Below, piece by piece: positions 63,409-64,000 of a stretch of DNA of 64,000 nt. The translations under genes were made by a program, and so were the position numbers. Numbering within the stretch: the first letter of the stretch is position 1; every line of letters begins with the position of its first letter. The notes beneath the pieces are model-generated. The model was not told where the DNA came from. It worked only from the letters and a program-made list of their open reading frames with translations, and made no database searches. The stretch lies in NCBI GenBank assembly GCA_963778655.1, contig CAVZVA010000005.1, positions 416,001-480,000 of the forward strand, written 5' to 3'. This DNA is from an uncultured delta proteobacterium. GTDB taxonomy: Bacteria > Myxococcota_A > Polyangia > Polyangiales > JAFGIB01.

Positions 63409-63720
63409 CGAGGACTACCCGCGCTCGGGCGCGAGCTTTCGCGTGAACGACCCCGTGAGACCACTGCTATTAGTCTAGCGCTGCGAGCCAAGCACTGACC
63501 AGCGACGGACCTGCCGTGAGCTGTATGGACAACGGTCGTGCGGGCACGCGAATGTGGCGCATGTGGGGTGCGGTGCGTGTCGCCCGTGCAGGCGCTGCTG
63601 GCACGACCGGCAACGCCTGCTCGCGAGCCGCATACGGCCGCCGGCACCCGGGGTTGCCAAGCGCGTGCAGGCGCGCGACAACGGACGCCCGTTGGGTCTC
63701 GAAAGGTAGGCACGCAGGCG

Positions 63721-64000
63721 ATGCAACTCTCAAAGCAGGAGCTCGACGTTGGACTTGCGACACGCGACGTGAAGGCGGCCGCTGCGTTCTATCGAGACGT
63801 GCTGGGCTTCAAGGAGCAGTCCGGGGTCTCGATGGGCGACGTGGGCACAATGGCGCCGATGCGTGTCGGTGCTCACACCATCAAGCTGTACGACTTCGCC
63901 CGGCCGCCGGAGCAGGTCGAAGGCGGCACGGACAAGGCCAACGGCATGCGCTTGCTGGCGTTCATTCTGGACGACCTCGACGCGGTGCTCGCGCGCTACG
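63721..64000 (+). CDS. VOC family protein (3' partial)
   Basis: MQLSKQELDVGLATRDVKAAAAFYRDVLGF...LLAFILDDLDAV, open to the window end. Confidence 0.8.
   Translation, partial: MQLSKQELDVGLATRDVKAAAAFYRDVLGFKEQSGVSMGDVGTMAPMRVGAHTIKLYDFARPPEQVEGGTDKANGMRLLAFILDDLDAVLARY

Overview
GC-rich bacterial chromosome segment, most likely from a myxobacterium (Polyangiales/Sandaracinaceae-like), inferred from the many Cys/Gly-rich lipoproteins, an ECF-FecR-TPR module and sterol genes. The left half is mostly housekeeping: an orphan rplC next to rlmE, holB, mazG, efp-epmA, xerD, icd-mdh-sucCD-ndk, ftsH, dapD (frameshifted)-dapE and rlmN. The standout is a two-gene sterol operon (24431-28985, minus strand). 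One gene encodes a single polypeptide fusing squalene epoxidase to a eukaryote-type squalene synthase; it overlaps an oxidosqualene cyclase with cycloartenol-synthase signature residues. Together they would cover FPP to sterol skeleton in two genes. The right half is accessory: a non-acylating ALDH fused to an Fe-ADH, an ATP-grasp/zinc-peptidase pair flanked by gene remnants, hydrolases, a GH26-like lipoprotein and a C-type lectin/TSP3-repeat lipoprotein. Intergenic DNA carries several families of palindromic elements. These include ~150-170 bp TA/CTAG-bounded hairpin elements with different termini but a shared central motif, often starting at a stop codon. No tRNA, rRNA, CRISPR array or transposase was recognised. 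All calls come from motif recognition by eye; no searches were run and start codons are best estimates.
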